DNA from: Candidatus Atribacteria bacterium
GTDB lineage: Bacteria; Atribacterota; Atribacteria; Atribacterales; JASGLU01
NCBI GenBank assembly: GCA_030156825.1
Contig: JASGLU010000001.1
Span: 2,556 to 66,555, forward strand
Length of the DNA stretch: 64,000 bases
Reading direction: 5' to 3'
A program made the position numbers and the translations under genes. Positions 1 to 10,109 of this stretch are shown here, piece by piece (the stretch's first letter is position 1; each line of letters opens with the position of its first letter). A model generated the notes under the pieces. It made no database searches, had not been told where the DNA came from, and was given only the letters and a program-made list of their open reading frames with translations.

Positions 1-497
1 ACCCTGATTTTGGAATTATCAACTACTTGATGTCGCTTCTGGGCTATGATCCCGTAATTTGGTTGGGCGACCCCAATCTTGCCTTACCCGCAGTAATTGT
101 GGTCAATATTTGGAAAATGTACCCTTTTGCTATGTTAATAGTCTTAGCTAGGTTGCAGGCTATACCCTCAAGCATTTATGAAGCTGCAGAGATAGATGGA
201 GGGAATTCACTACAGATTTTTTTGAGGATTACCTTACCGATGATAAGAGGGGTCCTGTCAATCTTAACATTATTATTAACTATTTGGTCCTTTAATGCTT
301 TCACTTTCATTTATGCTATGACTGGGGGAGGACCTGCTAGGAGCTCAGAAATTCTTGGCTTAAGAATATACCGTGATGCCTTAGAGAATATGTTGTTTGG
401 AAAGGCCGCTGCTGAAGCAATATTTTTATTTATAATAATATTGGCGTTTTCCGTTGTATATTTGCACTATACCTATGATTGGGAGGAAGGTGTTTAA
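1..497 (+). CDS. ABC carbohydrate transporter permease (MalF/UgpA type), C-terminal part; 5' end outside window
   Basis: The frame is open from the window edge into ORF 27..497. Multi-TM protein with the EAA-loop-like motif YEAAEIDGGNSLQIFLRITLPM. Confidence 0.8.
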   Translation, partial: PDFGIINYLMSLLGYDPVIWLGDPNLALPAVIVVNIWKMYPFAMLIVLARLQAIPSSIYEAAEIDGGNSLQIFLRITLPMIRGVLSILTLLLTIWSFNAFTFIYAMTGGGPARSSEILGLRIYRDALENMLFGKAAAEAIFLFIIILAFSVVYLHYTYDWEEGV

Positions 498-498
498 G

Positions 499-1332
499 AT
501 GAAATTAATCAAAATAAAACCATCTCAGATTGTTGCGTACCCTTTTTTAGTGGTTTTTGTTTGTTTTAGCGTTTTCCCAATATTTTGGATGGTCAGTAGT
601 GCTATCAAACCATCTACAGAAATATACTCGATACCTCCTAAGATATTTACCTCTTTTACCTTACAGCATTTCCGTTATATGTTGTTTGAAACACATACTA
701 TACGGTATTTCTTGAATAGCCTTATTGTTGCTAGTATAACGACGTTGATCTCTCTTAGTTTTGCGCTACCTGGAGGTTATGGTCTTGCTAGATTTAATTT
801 TAAGATGAAAAATGCGATATCTATTGCTATTCTTTTTAGCCAAATGTTGCCGCTTGCTGTTTTATTGATTCCATTGTATATGGTTTTGGCATTTTTGGGC
901 TTGTTGGACACTTATTTAGGACTAATATTAACCTATCTGGGTTTTGCGATCCCTTTAACGACTTGGCTGTTAAGGGGTTTCTTTGCTGGTATTCCTAAGG
1001 AATTAGAGGAAGCAGCTATGATTGACGGTTGCACTAGATTCCAAGCGCTGATGAGGGTTTTAGTCCCAGTTGCGATGCCAGCAATTATTGCAACTGGCGT
1101 TTATTCTTTTATGGTAGCTTGGGAGGAGTTTTTGTTTGCCCTAAGTTTTACTAGCTCGGATCGAGTTAGAACCCTCCCGATTGGTATTAACAGTTTTATT
1201 GGTGAATATGGAGTTGATTGGGGTGCAGTTATGGCTTCGTCAACCTTAGCTTCTTTGCCGATTATCGTGCTTTTTATGATCTTTTATGAGCAGTTTATTA
1301 GCACTTTTACTGAAGGAATGATAAAAGGATAA
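499..1332 (+). CDS. ABC carbohydrate transporter permease (MalG/UgpE type)
   Basis: ATG 499 lies just after the upstream stop and is preceded by GGGAGGAAGG (481-490). EAA loop ELEEAAMIDGCTRFQALMRVLVP; six predicted TM stretches. Confidence 0.85.
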   Translation: MKLIKIKPSQIVAYPFLVVFVCFSVFPIFWMVSSAIKPSTEIYSIPPKIFTSFTLQHFRYMLFETHTIRYFLNSLIVASITTLISLSFALPGGYGLARFNFKMKNAISIAILFSQMLPLAVLLIPLYMVLAFLGLLDTYLGLILTYLGFAIPLTTWLLRGFFAGIPKELEEAAMIDGCTRFQALMRVLVPVAMPAIIATGVYSFMVAWEEFLFALSFTSSDRVRTLPIGINSFIGEYGVDWGAVMASSTLASLPIIVLFMIFYEQFISTFTEGMIKG

Positions 1333-1361
1333 ATTTATAATGTAAAGAAAGGTGAATATAT

Positions 1362-2423
1362 ATGGGTGATAAGAAAGTAAAAATTGGTATGATTGGTCTT
1401 GGTAGAATCAGCAAAACCCATCTTAAGAGCATTGCTCAACTGAAGGAAGCAGAGTTAACTGCAGTATGTGATGTGAATGAAGGAATCGTTAAGGAATTGA
1501 GTTTAACATATGGGATTGAAGGATTTACCGATTACAGGAAACTCATTGCTTATCCAGAGGTAGAAGCCATAATGGTTTTAACTCCACCAGAAACTCATTT
1601 TGAAATAGTCAATTGTGCCTTGGAAGCCAATAAACACATTTTTTGCGAAAAGCCACTTACTTCTTCGCTAAAAGAGGCTTATAAAATGAAAGAGCAAGTA
1701 GTGAGTAGGGAAATAGTTTTCCAAATTGGGTTTACGGAGAGGTACAATGAAGGATATAGAGTAACTCGGCAGGCGATTAGTGATGGATTGGTTGGTATCC
1801 CTTTCATAATGAGATCTAAGCGTGATATACCAGGGAGTTTTGTAGAAAATATTGATTGGATTAAAGATTCCAATAGGGGCGGTGGACCCTTAGTAGAGTG
1901 TTTAATCCATGATATTGATTTAGCCCATTGGTATTTTGAAAGTAAGGTAGTGACAGTAACAGCCTCTGCCTATAGAGCTCGTTTTAAGCATTTTGACAAT
2001 GTTTCGTTGCTGTTGGAGTTCCAGAGTGGTGCAATCGCCAACCTAAGTAGCTCTTGGTCGTTATCTGATGATTGTCAGTGGTGTGCCTTTTGCGAATTGA
2101 TTGGTTCTGAAGGCAGCATAGAAATTAAAAATCCTCCAGAGAGCTGGGTAAAGTTAAGCTCTAAAAAAGCCATTAATGTATCTTATCCTTTTATAAAGGA
2201 GAAAAATCATGGGAATACAATAGGGCTTAGAAATATCTCGCTTGACTTACCTCATTATTCTCTTACAAGTGGCGCTTATTTAGTTCAGCTTAGAAGTTTT
2301 ATTGATTGCATCCTTTATAACCAAAAGCCGTTAGTTGGTATCGATGAAGGCATAAGTGCTTTTGAAGTAGTGATAGCAGCATTAAAGTCTATTCAAGAAA
2401 ACAAGAAAGTAACGCTTGGGTGA
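1362..2423 (+). CDS. Gfo/Idh/MocA family NAD(P)-dependent oxidoreductase
   Basis: N-terminal Rossmann motif KIGMIGLGRISKTH and the CEKPL motif. Length and C-terminal alpha/beta domain are typical of the family. Confidence 0.85.
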   Translation: MGDKKVKIGMIGLGRISKTHLKSIAQLKEAELTAVCDVNEGIVKELSLTYGIEGFTDYRKLIAYPEVEAIMVLTPPETHFEIVNCALEANKHIFCEKPLTSSLKEAYKMKEQVVSREIVFQIGFTERYNEGYRVTRQAISDGLVGIPFIMRSKRDIPGSFVENIDWIKDSNRGGGPLVECLIHDIDLAHWYFESKVVTVTASAYRARFKHFDNVSLLLEFQSGAIANLSSSWSLSDDCQWCAFCELIGSEGSIEIKNPPESWVKLSSKKAINVSYPFIKEKNHGNTIGLRNISLDLPHYSLTSGAYLVQLRSFIDCILYNQKPLVGIDEGISAFEVVIAALKSIQENKKVTLG

Positions 2424-2496
2424 GAGATTTTTTCGTTAGATGTTTACATGGTGAGGTAAACATCTTAGGGTAATAGTTGTAACTATTAAAATTATT

Positions 2497-3666
2497 GTGG
2501 TTGAAAAGATCAAAACAGAAAAAAGGGTGATGATTATGAAAGTCGGAGTGATTGGTTTAGGTTTAATGGGGCAGACGCATTGTGAAACGCTGAGTAAAAG
2601 TAAATATATTGACAGGATAGTGGGCTGTGATTTATCTATGGAAGCCATGAGTAGACTGCAAGAGAAAGTTGCTATAGGTGGTTTATATACTAATCACAAG
2701 GAAATGCTAGAAAAAGAAAAACTTGATTTAGTTTTAGTTTCCACCAGAGACTCTGAACACTTCAACCCTATTATGGATTCTATAGATGCGGGGATAAAAA
2801 ACATAATATGCGAGAAACCATTAACTACTAACGTTGAGGAAGCTAGAATAATTACTGATTATGTAAAAAAAAGGAATGTGAATCTAATGATGCTTTTTGC
2901 CAGCAGGTTTCTTTCTGCTGAAAAGGCTCTCAAGGCGTGTTTTCAGGAAAACTTAATTGGGAAGATAGTTTACGGAGATGTGAGGTCTGATGACAGCATA
3001 ATAGTTCCTTGTGGATTATGGGGTGACGAGAGTTATAAATGGGTGTCACAAACCTCGCCCGCTCATTTTCTTATGAGTCATACTGCTGATCTTCTAAGAT
3101 GGTATCTCTATCCGACGGAAGTGGAAGCAGTTTATGCTATTTCTCAACGAGAAATTTTGAATACTTCAGTAGATTTATATGATGCTTTTATCTTTTTTAA
3201 TAATGGAATAAAAGTTAGATTAAAGTCAGAATGGATAAAATATATGGATCAGCTAGTAGAATCTTATATTTCTTTTTCGGGACAAGAAGGAAGCATTATT
3301 TACAATAGAACTCCATATAAATGTAATTCTAGTTTATATATAACTTCCTCTCGTAAAGTTAATGATGACAAAATTCGGAAATATTTAGATAGGTTAAAAA
3401 CGCTTCGTTTAGATGTAAACTTAGTTTCAAAAGCAGATGGAGTTGTATCAAAGATTGTTGAAATAGGGCCTGACGGCATTAAAGATGAAGAGTGGAATAA
3501 AGCACTGAATTACTTGATCGATGGGATTGTAGAAAATACGCTAACGCCGAGTTCTTACTCAAGCCTTGGTCCCCTACCAATTGTGGATGATGGATTGGAA
3601 GCTGTAAAGATAGCATGTGCAATTGAAGAATCAGCAAAGAAAGGAGAGAAAGTATATTTAAGATGA
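2497..3666 (+). CDS. Gfo/Idh/MocA family oxidoreductase (second paralog)
   Basis: KVGVIGLGLMGQTH Rossmann motif and CEKPL motif. The true start is probably ATG 2536 (MKVGVIGLG) rather than 2497. Confidence 0.75.
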   Translation: MVEKIKTEKRVMIMKVGVIGLGLMGQTHCETLSKSKYIDRIVGCDLSMEAMSRLQEKVAIGGLYTNHKEMLEKEKLDLVLVSTRDSEHFNPIMDSIDAGIKNIICEKPLTTNVEEARIITDYVKKRNVNLMMLFASRFLSAEKALKACFQENLIGKIVYGDVRSDDSIIVPCGLWGDESYKWVSQTSPAHFLMSHTADLLRWYLYPTEVEAVYAISQREILNTSVDLYDAFIFFNNGIKVRLKSEWIKYMDQLVESYISFSGQEGSIIYNRTPYKCNSSLYITSSRKVNDDKIRKYLDRLKTLRLDVNLVSKADGVVSKIVEIGPDGIKDEEWNKALNYLIDGIVENTLTPSSYSSLGPLPIVDDGLEAVKIACAIEESAKKGEKVYLR

Positions 3667-3694
3667 ATAGTTATGAAGGGAGGGAGAAGAGGAA

Positions 3695-4483
3695 GTGAGG
3701 TACATTGTTCAGGAAATTATACGAGGTTTTCTTTTCCCTGAGGGTCCGCTTATCTATGAAGGTAGGCTATACCTAGTAGATGCTTACAAAGGGTCTGTTT
3801 ACTATGTTGTGGGTGAGAAGGAGGTAGTTGAATTAATTAATACGGGGGGAAACCCCACAGGGCTTGCTGCAAACAATGGTGAATTATATATTGCTGATTC
3901 AGGTCTTGATAGTGTTCTAAAATATAGTTTTAAAGAGAAAAAACTTGATGGATTCGTGACTCAGTATGAAGGAAAAAGCTTGGAAGCTCCGAATGATCTG
4001 GTTTTTGATAGTAACGGAGGATTATATTTTACTGCTCCTCTTGGTTCAGAAAACGAGTCAGTTGGAAAGGTATACTATGTTGATTCTGTTGGGAAAGTTT
4101 CTCTTTTTGCTGAGGGTATGAGATACCCTAATGGCGTTTTATTAGATTTGGAGCAAAACAATCTCTTTGTTGCCGAAACCCGTTTCCAAAGAATACTAAG
4201 ATTTCCATTAGCATCTCCAGGCAACGCCGCAGGTTCTCCTTGTGTTTTTGCTGATCTTCAGGGAAAACCAGATGGTATGTGTTTAGATAAAGATGGAAAT
4301 ATCTATGCGGCTTTATATGGGTCAGGATGTGTAGTTCGAGTTAATCCCCGGGGTCGAGTTGAGGAAATAGTTGAGATTCCTGGATATCAGCCCACGAATA
4401 TAACTATTAATATGGAAGAGGGTTTTTTTTATGTAACTGAGGCAGAAAAAGGCCAGGTAATCAAAATAGAAGAACTACCGTAG
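3695..4483 (+). CDS. SMP-30/gluconolactonase/LRE-like lactonase (six-bladed propeller)
   Basis: Motifs PNDLVFDSNGGLYFT, YPNGVLL and PDGMCLDKDGNIY. GTG start after GGGAGGGAGAAGAGGAA. Confidence 0.75.
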   Translation: MRYIVQEIIRGFLFPEGPLIYEGRLYLVDAYKGSVYYVVGEKEVVELINTGGNPTGLAANNGELYIADSGLDSVLKYSFKEKKLDGFVTQYEGKSLEAPNDLVFDSNGGLYFTAPLGSENESVGKVYYVDSVGKVSLFAEGMRYPNGVLLDLEQNNLFVAETRFQRILRFPLASPGNAAGSPCVFADLQGKPDGMCLDKDGNIYAALYGSGCVVRVNPRGRVEEIVEIPGYQPTNITINMEEGFFYVTEAEKGQVIKIEELP

Positions 4484-4492
4484 TAAATTTGC

Positions 4493-5290
4493 TTGAAAGA
4501 AAATATGTGGGGAGGTGTAAAGAGGTTGATATTAACAGAACAGGCTTGGCAAGAAATTTCTCAAAAAAGGAAAGAGGGTATGGTAGCCTTACTTCCTGTT
4601 GGAAGTGTAGAACAACATGGATACCATGCCCCGTTGGGGACAGACCTTTTTATAGCTGAGTCTCTTGTAGAAAAAGTTTCTAGAGAAAAAGACGTTATTG
4701 CTCTGTCGCCTATTCCGGTTGGAGTGTCCGAGTATCATCGTCATTTTGGTGGAACATTATGGGTCAAACCTGAGACTCTTAAACAATATGTTAAAGAGAT
4801 TTGTGAAAGTTTGTCTTATCATGGTATTAAAAAAATTATTATTGTGAACGGCCATGGTGGTAATAGGGGTCCATTGGGAGAAGTGGCTAGGTATTTGAGA
4901 ATGGAAGGCATAGCTTATGTTGTAGTTTGGACTTGGTTTGAAAGTGCTCAAGAGGAAATAGTAAAGATATTTGGCAATCTTCCTCCCCTGCATGCTGACG
5001 AGGTAGAAACGTCTCTTTTGATGATCATAAAGAAAAACCTAGTAAGGTGTGAATTTCTTAAGAAATCCGCTGAAGGTTCATCTGCTACTTGGGGAGCTTT
5101 TCATAAAGGGACGATGATTTCTCAAGAAGTGATTGATTTCTCAAAAAGTGGAGCTACTGGAAACCCAGAAAGAGCAGATTCTGAAAAAGGAGAAAGGTTA
5201 TTGGAAGAACTTTGTTCTAATCTTATCAGTTTGATTCAATGGTTTCGAGGAGTAAATAGTTTAGATTTGAGTTTTTCTGAACGTGAGTAA
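4493..5290 (+). CDS. Creatininase-family amidohydrolase
   Basis: Family metal-binding motifs GSVEQHGYHAPLGTD and VNGHGGN. Confidence 0.8.
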   Translation: MKENMWGGVKRLILTEQAWQEISQKRKEGMVALLPVGSVEQHGYHAPLGTDLFIAESLVEKVSREKDVIALSPIPVGVSEYHRHFGGTLWVKPETLKQYVKEICESLSYHGIKKIIIVNGHGGNRGPLGEVARYLRMEGIAYVVVWTWFESAQEEIVKIFGNLPPLHADEVETSLLMIIKKNLVRCEFLKKSAEGSSATWGAFHKGTMISQEVIDFSKSGATGNPERADSEKGERLLEELCSNLISLIQWFRGVNSLDLSFSERE

Positions 5291-5332
5291 TGAGAACCAA
5301 TTAGTAGATAGTTCTGAGAGAAGGAGAAAAAT

Positions 5333-5719
5333 ATGATTAAGAGAATTTCCAATCTTGAAAAAGCTCCAAGAGCTAAGGGACCTTATTCCATAGTAGTGGA
5401 GTCAAGCAACTTGGTATTTGTCTCGGGGCAGGGTCCTATGGATCCTAATAAGGAAGACTTTGTGAAGGGATTTGTAGAGGAAGAGGCAAAACAGGCTTTT
5501 AACAATGTAAGGGTCATTTTAGAATCGATAGGTCTGAGTATCGGTAATATTGTAAAGGTAACTTTGTACCTAAGTAATATGGATGACTATGAAGTTGTCA
5601 ACAAAGTGTATGCTGAGTTTTTTGGCCCATTCTATCCAGCTCGAACTTGCGTTGAAGTAAGGCGATTACCTTTTGATACTAAAATTGAGATTGACGTAGT
5701 AGCTTCCAGAGAGAGTTAA
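5333..5719 (+). CDS. ridA: RidA/YjgF family reactive-intermediate (enamine/imine) deaminase
   Basis: 128 aa with motifs APRAKGPYS, VFVSGQ and PARTCVEV typical of RidA/L-PSP. Confidence 0.85.
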   Translation: MIKRISNLEKAPRAKGPYSIVVESSNLVFVSGQGPMDPNKEDFVKGFVEEEAKQAFNNVRVILESIGLSIGNIVKVTLYLSNMDDYEVVNKVYAEFFGPFYPARTCVEVRRLPFDTKIEIDVVASRES

Positions 5720-5752
5720 AAACTGAGTGAGGATGACGGAGGTGCAGATCGA

Positions 5753-6871
5753 GTGAAGATAACTGACATTGAAGTTTATTTTGTGGAGGTTCCGATAAGA
5801 TCTTTAGAAAAAGGAGGAATTGCTCCTTATTTAGGAAGCCAGGATAAGGTAGGTGTAACCAAAGCGAGGAGCGCGTTATTTAAGCTAGTGACGGATGAAG
5901 GGATAGTTGGGTGGGGAGAGATGAATATCTTTATATCTCCTCTGGTAATGATGGCTTTGCTAAATGAATATATTAAACCTCTTATATTAGGAATGAGTCC
6001 TTTTGATATCAGAAGAATTATGCAAAAGTTTGAACTTATTTACGATCCCCAGTTTCATATTAAGTCTTTATTAGCGGGGGTAGAGGTGGCTTGTTGGGAC
6101 ATACTTGGTAAATCCTTAGGTAAGCCTATTTATCAGCTTCTGGGTGGGAAAATTAGAGAATCCATCCCTATTGCTTACTGTTTAGGCATTTTAGGAATAG
6201 AAGAGACAAAGGATAAAGTTTCACAAGTAAAAGAAGAAGGTTTTAGTACTTTAAAAACTAAGGGTGGTAGGGATACCTATTTTGATATTGAGAGAACTAA
6301 GGCTATAAGGAAAATTGGGGGGCCCGATTTTAATATCAGAGTAGACATGAATCAAGGTTACGACATTTTGCAAACCCTTCGTTTTGTCAAGGCTGTAGAG
6401 TGTCTAAATTTGGAATATATTGAGCAGCCGTTGAGGGTAAATGCCCTCGATGAATTGAAATCGGTAAGGCAAAGAACAACTGTCCCAATAGGAATTAATG
6501 AGGATTGTTATGTTCCTGGTAACTTGCTGAGAGCTGTAAAAGGGGAGTGTATAGATGTAGCTATTATAGATTATGAACCACTTGGTGGAATTAGTGAAAT
6601 ATTAAAAATTGCTAGTTTGATAGAAGAGGCTAATATTCCATTAGTACATCATTGTGGGTGGGATTTGGGTGTTAAATTAGCAGCAATTTTACATGTTGTA
6701 AGTGCTCTACCGTCGTTTAATTATCCTATTGACAGTACCTACTTTGTCCATGAAGATGATGTTTTGCTCGAACGTATACCTGTTAAAAACGGATGTTATG
6801 TTCCTCCCGAGGGACCGGGATTAGGCGTAGAGATCGATGAGAAGAAGGTATCCGAGTTATCTTTTGTGTGA
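5753..6871 (+). CDS. Enolase-superfamily (mandelate racemase/muconate lactonizing enzyme) acid-sugar dehydratase-like protein
   Basis: Capping domain plus barrel with KTKGG, RVDMNQGY, YIEQP and NEDC metal-ligand spacing. GTG start 8 nt after GGAGGTG. Confidence 0.85.
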   Translation: MKITDIEVYFVEVPIRSLEKGGIAPYLGSQDKVGVTKARSALFKLVTDEGIVGWGEMNIFISPLVMMALLNEYIKPLILGMSPFDIRRIMQKFELIYDPQFHIKSLLAGVEVACWDILGKSLGKPIYQLLGGKIRESIPIAYCLGILGIEETKDKVSQVKEEGFSTLKTKGGRDTYFDIERTKAIRKIGGPDFNIRVDMNQGYDILQTLRFVKAVECLNLEYIEQPLRVNALDELKSVRQRTTVPIGINEDCYVPGNLLRAVKGECIDVAIIDYEPLGGISEILKIASLIEEANIPLVHHCGWDLGVKLAAILHVVSALPSFNYPIDSTYFVHEDDVLLERIPVKNGCYVPPEGPGLGVEIDEKKVSELSFV

Positions 6872-6897
6872 GCAGAATTTGAGGGGGGAGAGTTATC

Positions 6898-7662
6898 ATG
6901 AGGTTTGAAAACCAGGTGGTTTTAATAACAGGTGGTGCTTCTGGAATTGGAAGAGAAACCTCACGTCGTTTTGCAGAGGAGGGAGCGAATGTTTTGGTTG
7001 TTGACAAGGACGAAAACCTCGGTATCAAAGCTGTGGAAGAAATAATCGGCAGCAAATATTGCTTAAATAACAGACTGACTTTTGTTAGGGCTGATGTGTC
7101 TAAAGACCAAGATGTTTTGTGTCTTGCTCAAAAAGTTAAAGAAAGATATGGTGTAGTTGATGTGCTTGTTAATAATGCTGGTGTTAACCTTAATGAGGAT
7201 GGTATTCTTGAACATTCTATGAAAGAATTTGAGGAAACGTTTCAAATTAATCTTTTTGGTTATATTCGGTGTATTAGAGCGTTTCTCAGCGGCATGATTT
7301 ATAAAAAAAGAGGAGTAATTGTTAATATTGCTTCCACCATGGGGCTGAGGGGAGCTGAACATTCCATAGCATATACCCTAACTAAAGGAAGTGTAATAAC
7401 TTTGACTCAATCTCTAGCTCTTGCCCATGCTAAAGACAATGTTAGGGTAAATGCTGTAGCCCCGGGATTGATAAAGACTCCAGCTACTGAGGGCTGGATA
7501 AGTAAGCAGAAAAACCCGGCTGAAGCTAAAGGTATACCCTTAGGAAGAGTGGGCTTACCAAGGGATGTAGCAGAGGCAATATTGTTTTTGTCCTCGATAG
7601 AATCTGCGTACATTACGGGAGTGGTTCTGCTAGTTGATGGTGGCCTAACATTAGGCGAATAA
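6898..7662 (+). CDS. Short-chain dehydrogenase/reductase (SDR)
   Basis: TGGASGIGR cofactor motif, NNAG, and the catalytic S...YxxxK (YTLTK). Confidence 0.9.
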   Translation: MRFENQVVLITGGASGIGRETSRRFAEEGANVLVVDKDENLGIKAVEEIIGSKYCLNNRLTFVRADVSKDQDVLCLAQKVKERYGVVDVLVNNAGVNLNEDGILEHSMKEFEETFQINLFGYIRCIRAFLSGMIYKKRGVIVNIASTMGLRGAEHSIAYTLTKGSVITLTQSLALAHAKDNVRVNAVAPGLIKTPATEGWISKQKNPAEAKGIPLGRVGLPRDVAEAILFLSSIESAYITGVVLLVDGGLTLGE

Positions 7663-7735
7663 TTATAAAGCTTTTTGTCTATTTTTCAGACTTTAGAGTT
7701 GAATAACAAATAAGGATGAAGGAGAGTGCTGTCGA

Positions 7736-9082
7736 GTGAGAAAATCTAAATACACAGGAACTTGGGCAGTTTTTGACGAGGATTATAAAAGAGGTTTTGA
7801 CGATGTTTTTAGAAGATATGCTGAGAATGGCATTAAAAACGTAATGTATGGAGGTATCGCCTTAATTTTCGACATTCATAAGGAGTACTATATTGACACT
7901 TGTATCGATCCTTATACAGAAATAGAATATTATAAAGAGGTTGGGGATGTATTTGGCACTAAGGAAATATTGATAGAATCGGATTTTAATGAGGTTAATA
8001 GTATTGCTGATAAGTATGGATTGAGCTTACAATTGGTTATTACTCCTGGAGTGAGTGAGCCAATAGTAGCAAAGCATCCCTCAACGGCGGTTGTTGATAT
8101 CTATGGTAATAAAAGTCCTCATTGGATGTGCCCTTCTAATCCAGATGTTCAACAGTACTTTTTTGGAAGAATTGAAGATATTTTACGGCGCTACAAAATA
8201 GGAGAAGTAGAATTGGATGTCATATGTTTGGATTTTTATGATCCTCAGGTGGTGCCTGATTGGGTATTGCCAGAGCTTTATCCTCTTCGTCAATTGGCTA
8301 TTAGAAATTGCTTTTGTAAGCATTGTATAGAAAAAGCTAAGAAAGCGGGACTCAACTTGGCAAAGATTGAATCAGAAATAAAGGTTCTTAATGACGAGGC
8401 TCGTAGTCTAAAGTATGAGCAATTCAAAAAGTGGGATGACACAATAAGAGGGGTATTTGACATTATTAGGTTTGTTTTAAACCATCCAATGTTAATAGAT
8501 TGGTTAAGATTTAGAGCAAGTGTTGTAGAAGATTTTGTTTTCGACATTAAAAATGTTATCAAAAAAATAAACAGCGATATTCTTCTCTCGAGCGATCTAG
8601 TATCTCCAAGTTTTTCTTGGACGCTAGGGCAAATTTATAGTGAACAACCACGTTTGACTGATATTACTAAATTAATGCTTTATCATAAACGGATAGGATC
8701 TTTCGAAGTTAAGCCCTTGCGTCGTATAAAAAGTGCAATACCTCAAATAAAAGATGAGGAGTTAATGAGGCAATATTATAGATTAAAGGGGTTCAGTGGT
8801 CCTTTGACTTTTGACGAATTTGAAAGAGAAGGAATTGATGCGGAAAACATATATTACGAGGTTAAAAAAGCTAAGGTCGAGGTTGGTCCGGATTATCCGA
8901 TTGTTGCTGGTTTAGTAGGAGACCCTCCGGCTACAGCTAAGGATGTGAAAGAAGCAGTGAAGATGGCTTATAAAGGTGGGGCAGATGGATATATGTTACA
9001 TCAGTGGTATGGTAATACTCCTATAGAAAATATTGAAGCATTTGGGGAACAGTTAAGAGAGCTAGGAGAGATAAACGGTTGA
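7736..9082 (+). CDS. Hypothetical protein, possibly a glycoside-hydrolase-like TIM barrel
   Basis: Long ORF in operon context with GTG start after GAAGGAGAG. The weak motif WMCPSNPDVQQYF recalls GHL10/YddW-like proteins. No confident family assignment. Confidence 0.5.
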   Translation: MRKSKYTGTWAVFDEDYKRGFDDVFRRYAENGIKNVMYGGIALIFDIHKEYYIDTCIDPYTEIEYYKEVGDVFGTKEILIESDFNEVNSIADKYGLSLQLVITPGVSEPIVAKHPSTAVVDIYGNKSPHWMCPSNPDVQQYFFGRIEDILRRYKIGEVELDVICLDFYDPQVVPDWVLPELYPLRQLAIRNCFCKHCIEKAKKAGLNLAKIESEIKVLNDEARSLKYEQFKKWDDTIRGVFDIIRFVLNHPMLIDWLRFRASVVEDFVFDIKNVIKKINSDILLSSDLVSPSFSWTLGQIYSEQPRLTDITKLMLYHKRIGSFEVKPLRRIKSAIPQIKDEELMRQYYRLKGFSGPLTFDEFEREGIDAENIYYEVKKAKVEVGPDYPIVAGLVGDPPATAKDVKEAVKMAYKGGADGYMLHQWYGNTPIENIEAFGEQLRELGEING

Positions 9083-9136
9083 ATAATTTTTTGGTATTAT
9101 CCGGCTTGGACTTATTGGCTGAAGGAGTTATGCGAT

Positions 9137-10108
9137 ATGAAGGTTGACGTTTTGAGCTATGGGGAACCTTTGGTTCGCTTAACTCCCGAGCGGTTTAAGA
9201 CTTTTTTGAAAAGCAACTCCTGGGAAGTGGAAATAGGAGGAGCAGAAGCTAATGTTTTGGCTGGTTGTTCCATCCTGGGATTGGAAACTCAGCTATTGGG
9301 GGCTCTTCCGGATAACTTTTTGGGGCGAAGAGTTTTCCAGGAATTAAGGAGGTTTGGTATAGGGGTTGACCGTTTAGAGCTCGCAGAAGAAGGAAGAATG
9401 GGTCTTTATTTCCTGGAGTTTGCTCATCGAAGAGAAGGAGCCGAGGTGCTCTATGATAGGAAAGATTCTACCTTTTCTCATTTTGAGCTGAAAGAGGAGG
9501 ATTTTTCTTTGCTTTCTCAGAGTTCTCTTTTACATCTTACCGGCATCACCCCTCCTCTTGGCCCTATTTGTGATATGAATGTAAGAAATCTACTCAGGTT
9601 TAAACCTGCCACTTTGGCGGTTTCTTTTGATGTTAACTATCGTAGCAAACTTTGGAGTCCTAAGGAATGTCGGCAATTTATGGAAGAGATAATGGGGTCT
9701 GTAGACGTTCTTTTTATCAAAGAAGAAGATTTACAGATTATTTGGGGGTTGGAAAATGAGGATTACCGGGAGAAGTTAGCTTTTCTTCAGTCGCGCTATG
9801 GAGAAGATAAAATATATGTTTTAACTGCCGGAGAAAAAGGATGTTTTGTGTTGAGTGGAGATATCTCTTTACACCAGCCCAGCTTTGCTACGGAAGTGGT
9901 GGATAGAATAGGAGCAGGAGATGCTTTTGTAGCTGGATTTTTGTATGGATATCTGGATAAGAAAAGCCTGGAAGAAGCTGCCTTATGGGGTAACGCTATG
10001 GCTTCTTTAAAAATGAGTGTGGTAGGGGACATGCCTATTTTTGACCGTCATTTTGTGGACTCTCTGATTAATTATTCTCAACCCATCGGGAAAAAAGTGA
10101 GCCGATAA
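9137..10108 (+). CDS. PfkB-family sugar kinase (2-dehydro-3-deoxygluconokinase-like)
   Basis: C-terminal PfkB signature GAGDAFVAGFLYG and N-terminal GGAEANV motif. Confidence 0.8.
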   Translation: MKVDVLSYGEPLVRLTPERFKTFLKSNSWEVEIGGAEANVLAGCSILGLETQLLGALPDNFLGRRVFQELRRFGIGVDRLELAEEGRMGLYFLEFAHRREGAEVLYDRKDSTFSHFELKEEDFSLLSQSSLLHLTGITPPLGPICDMNVRNLLRFKPATLAVSFDVNYRSKLWSPKECRQFMEEIMGSVDVLFIKEEDLQIIWGLENEDYREKLAFLQSRYGEDKIYVLTAGEKGCFVLSGDISLHQPSFATEVVDRIGAGDAFVAGFLYGYLDKKSLEEAALWGNAMASLKMSVVGDMPIFDRHFVDSLINYSQPIGKKVSR

Positions 10109-10109
10109 A

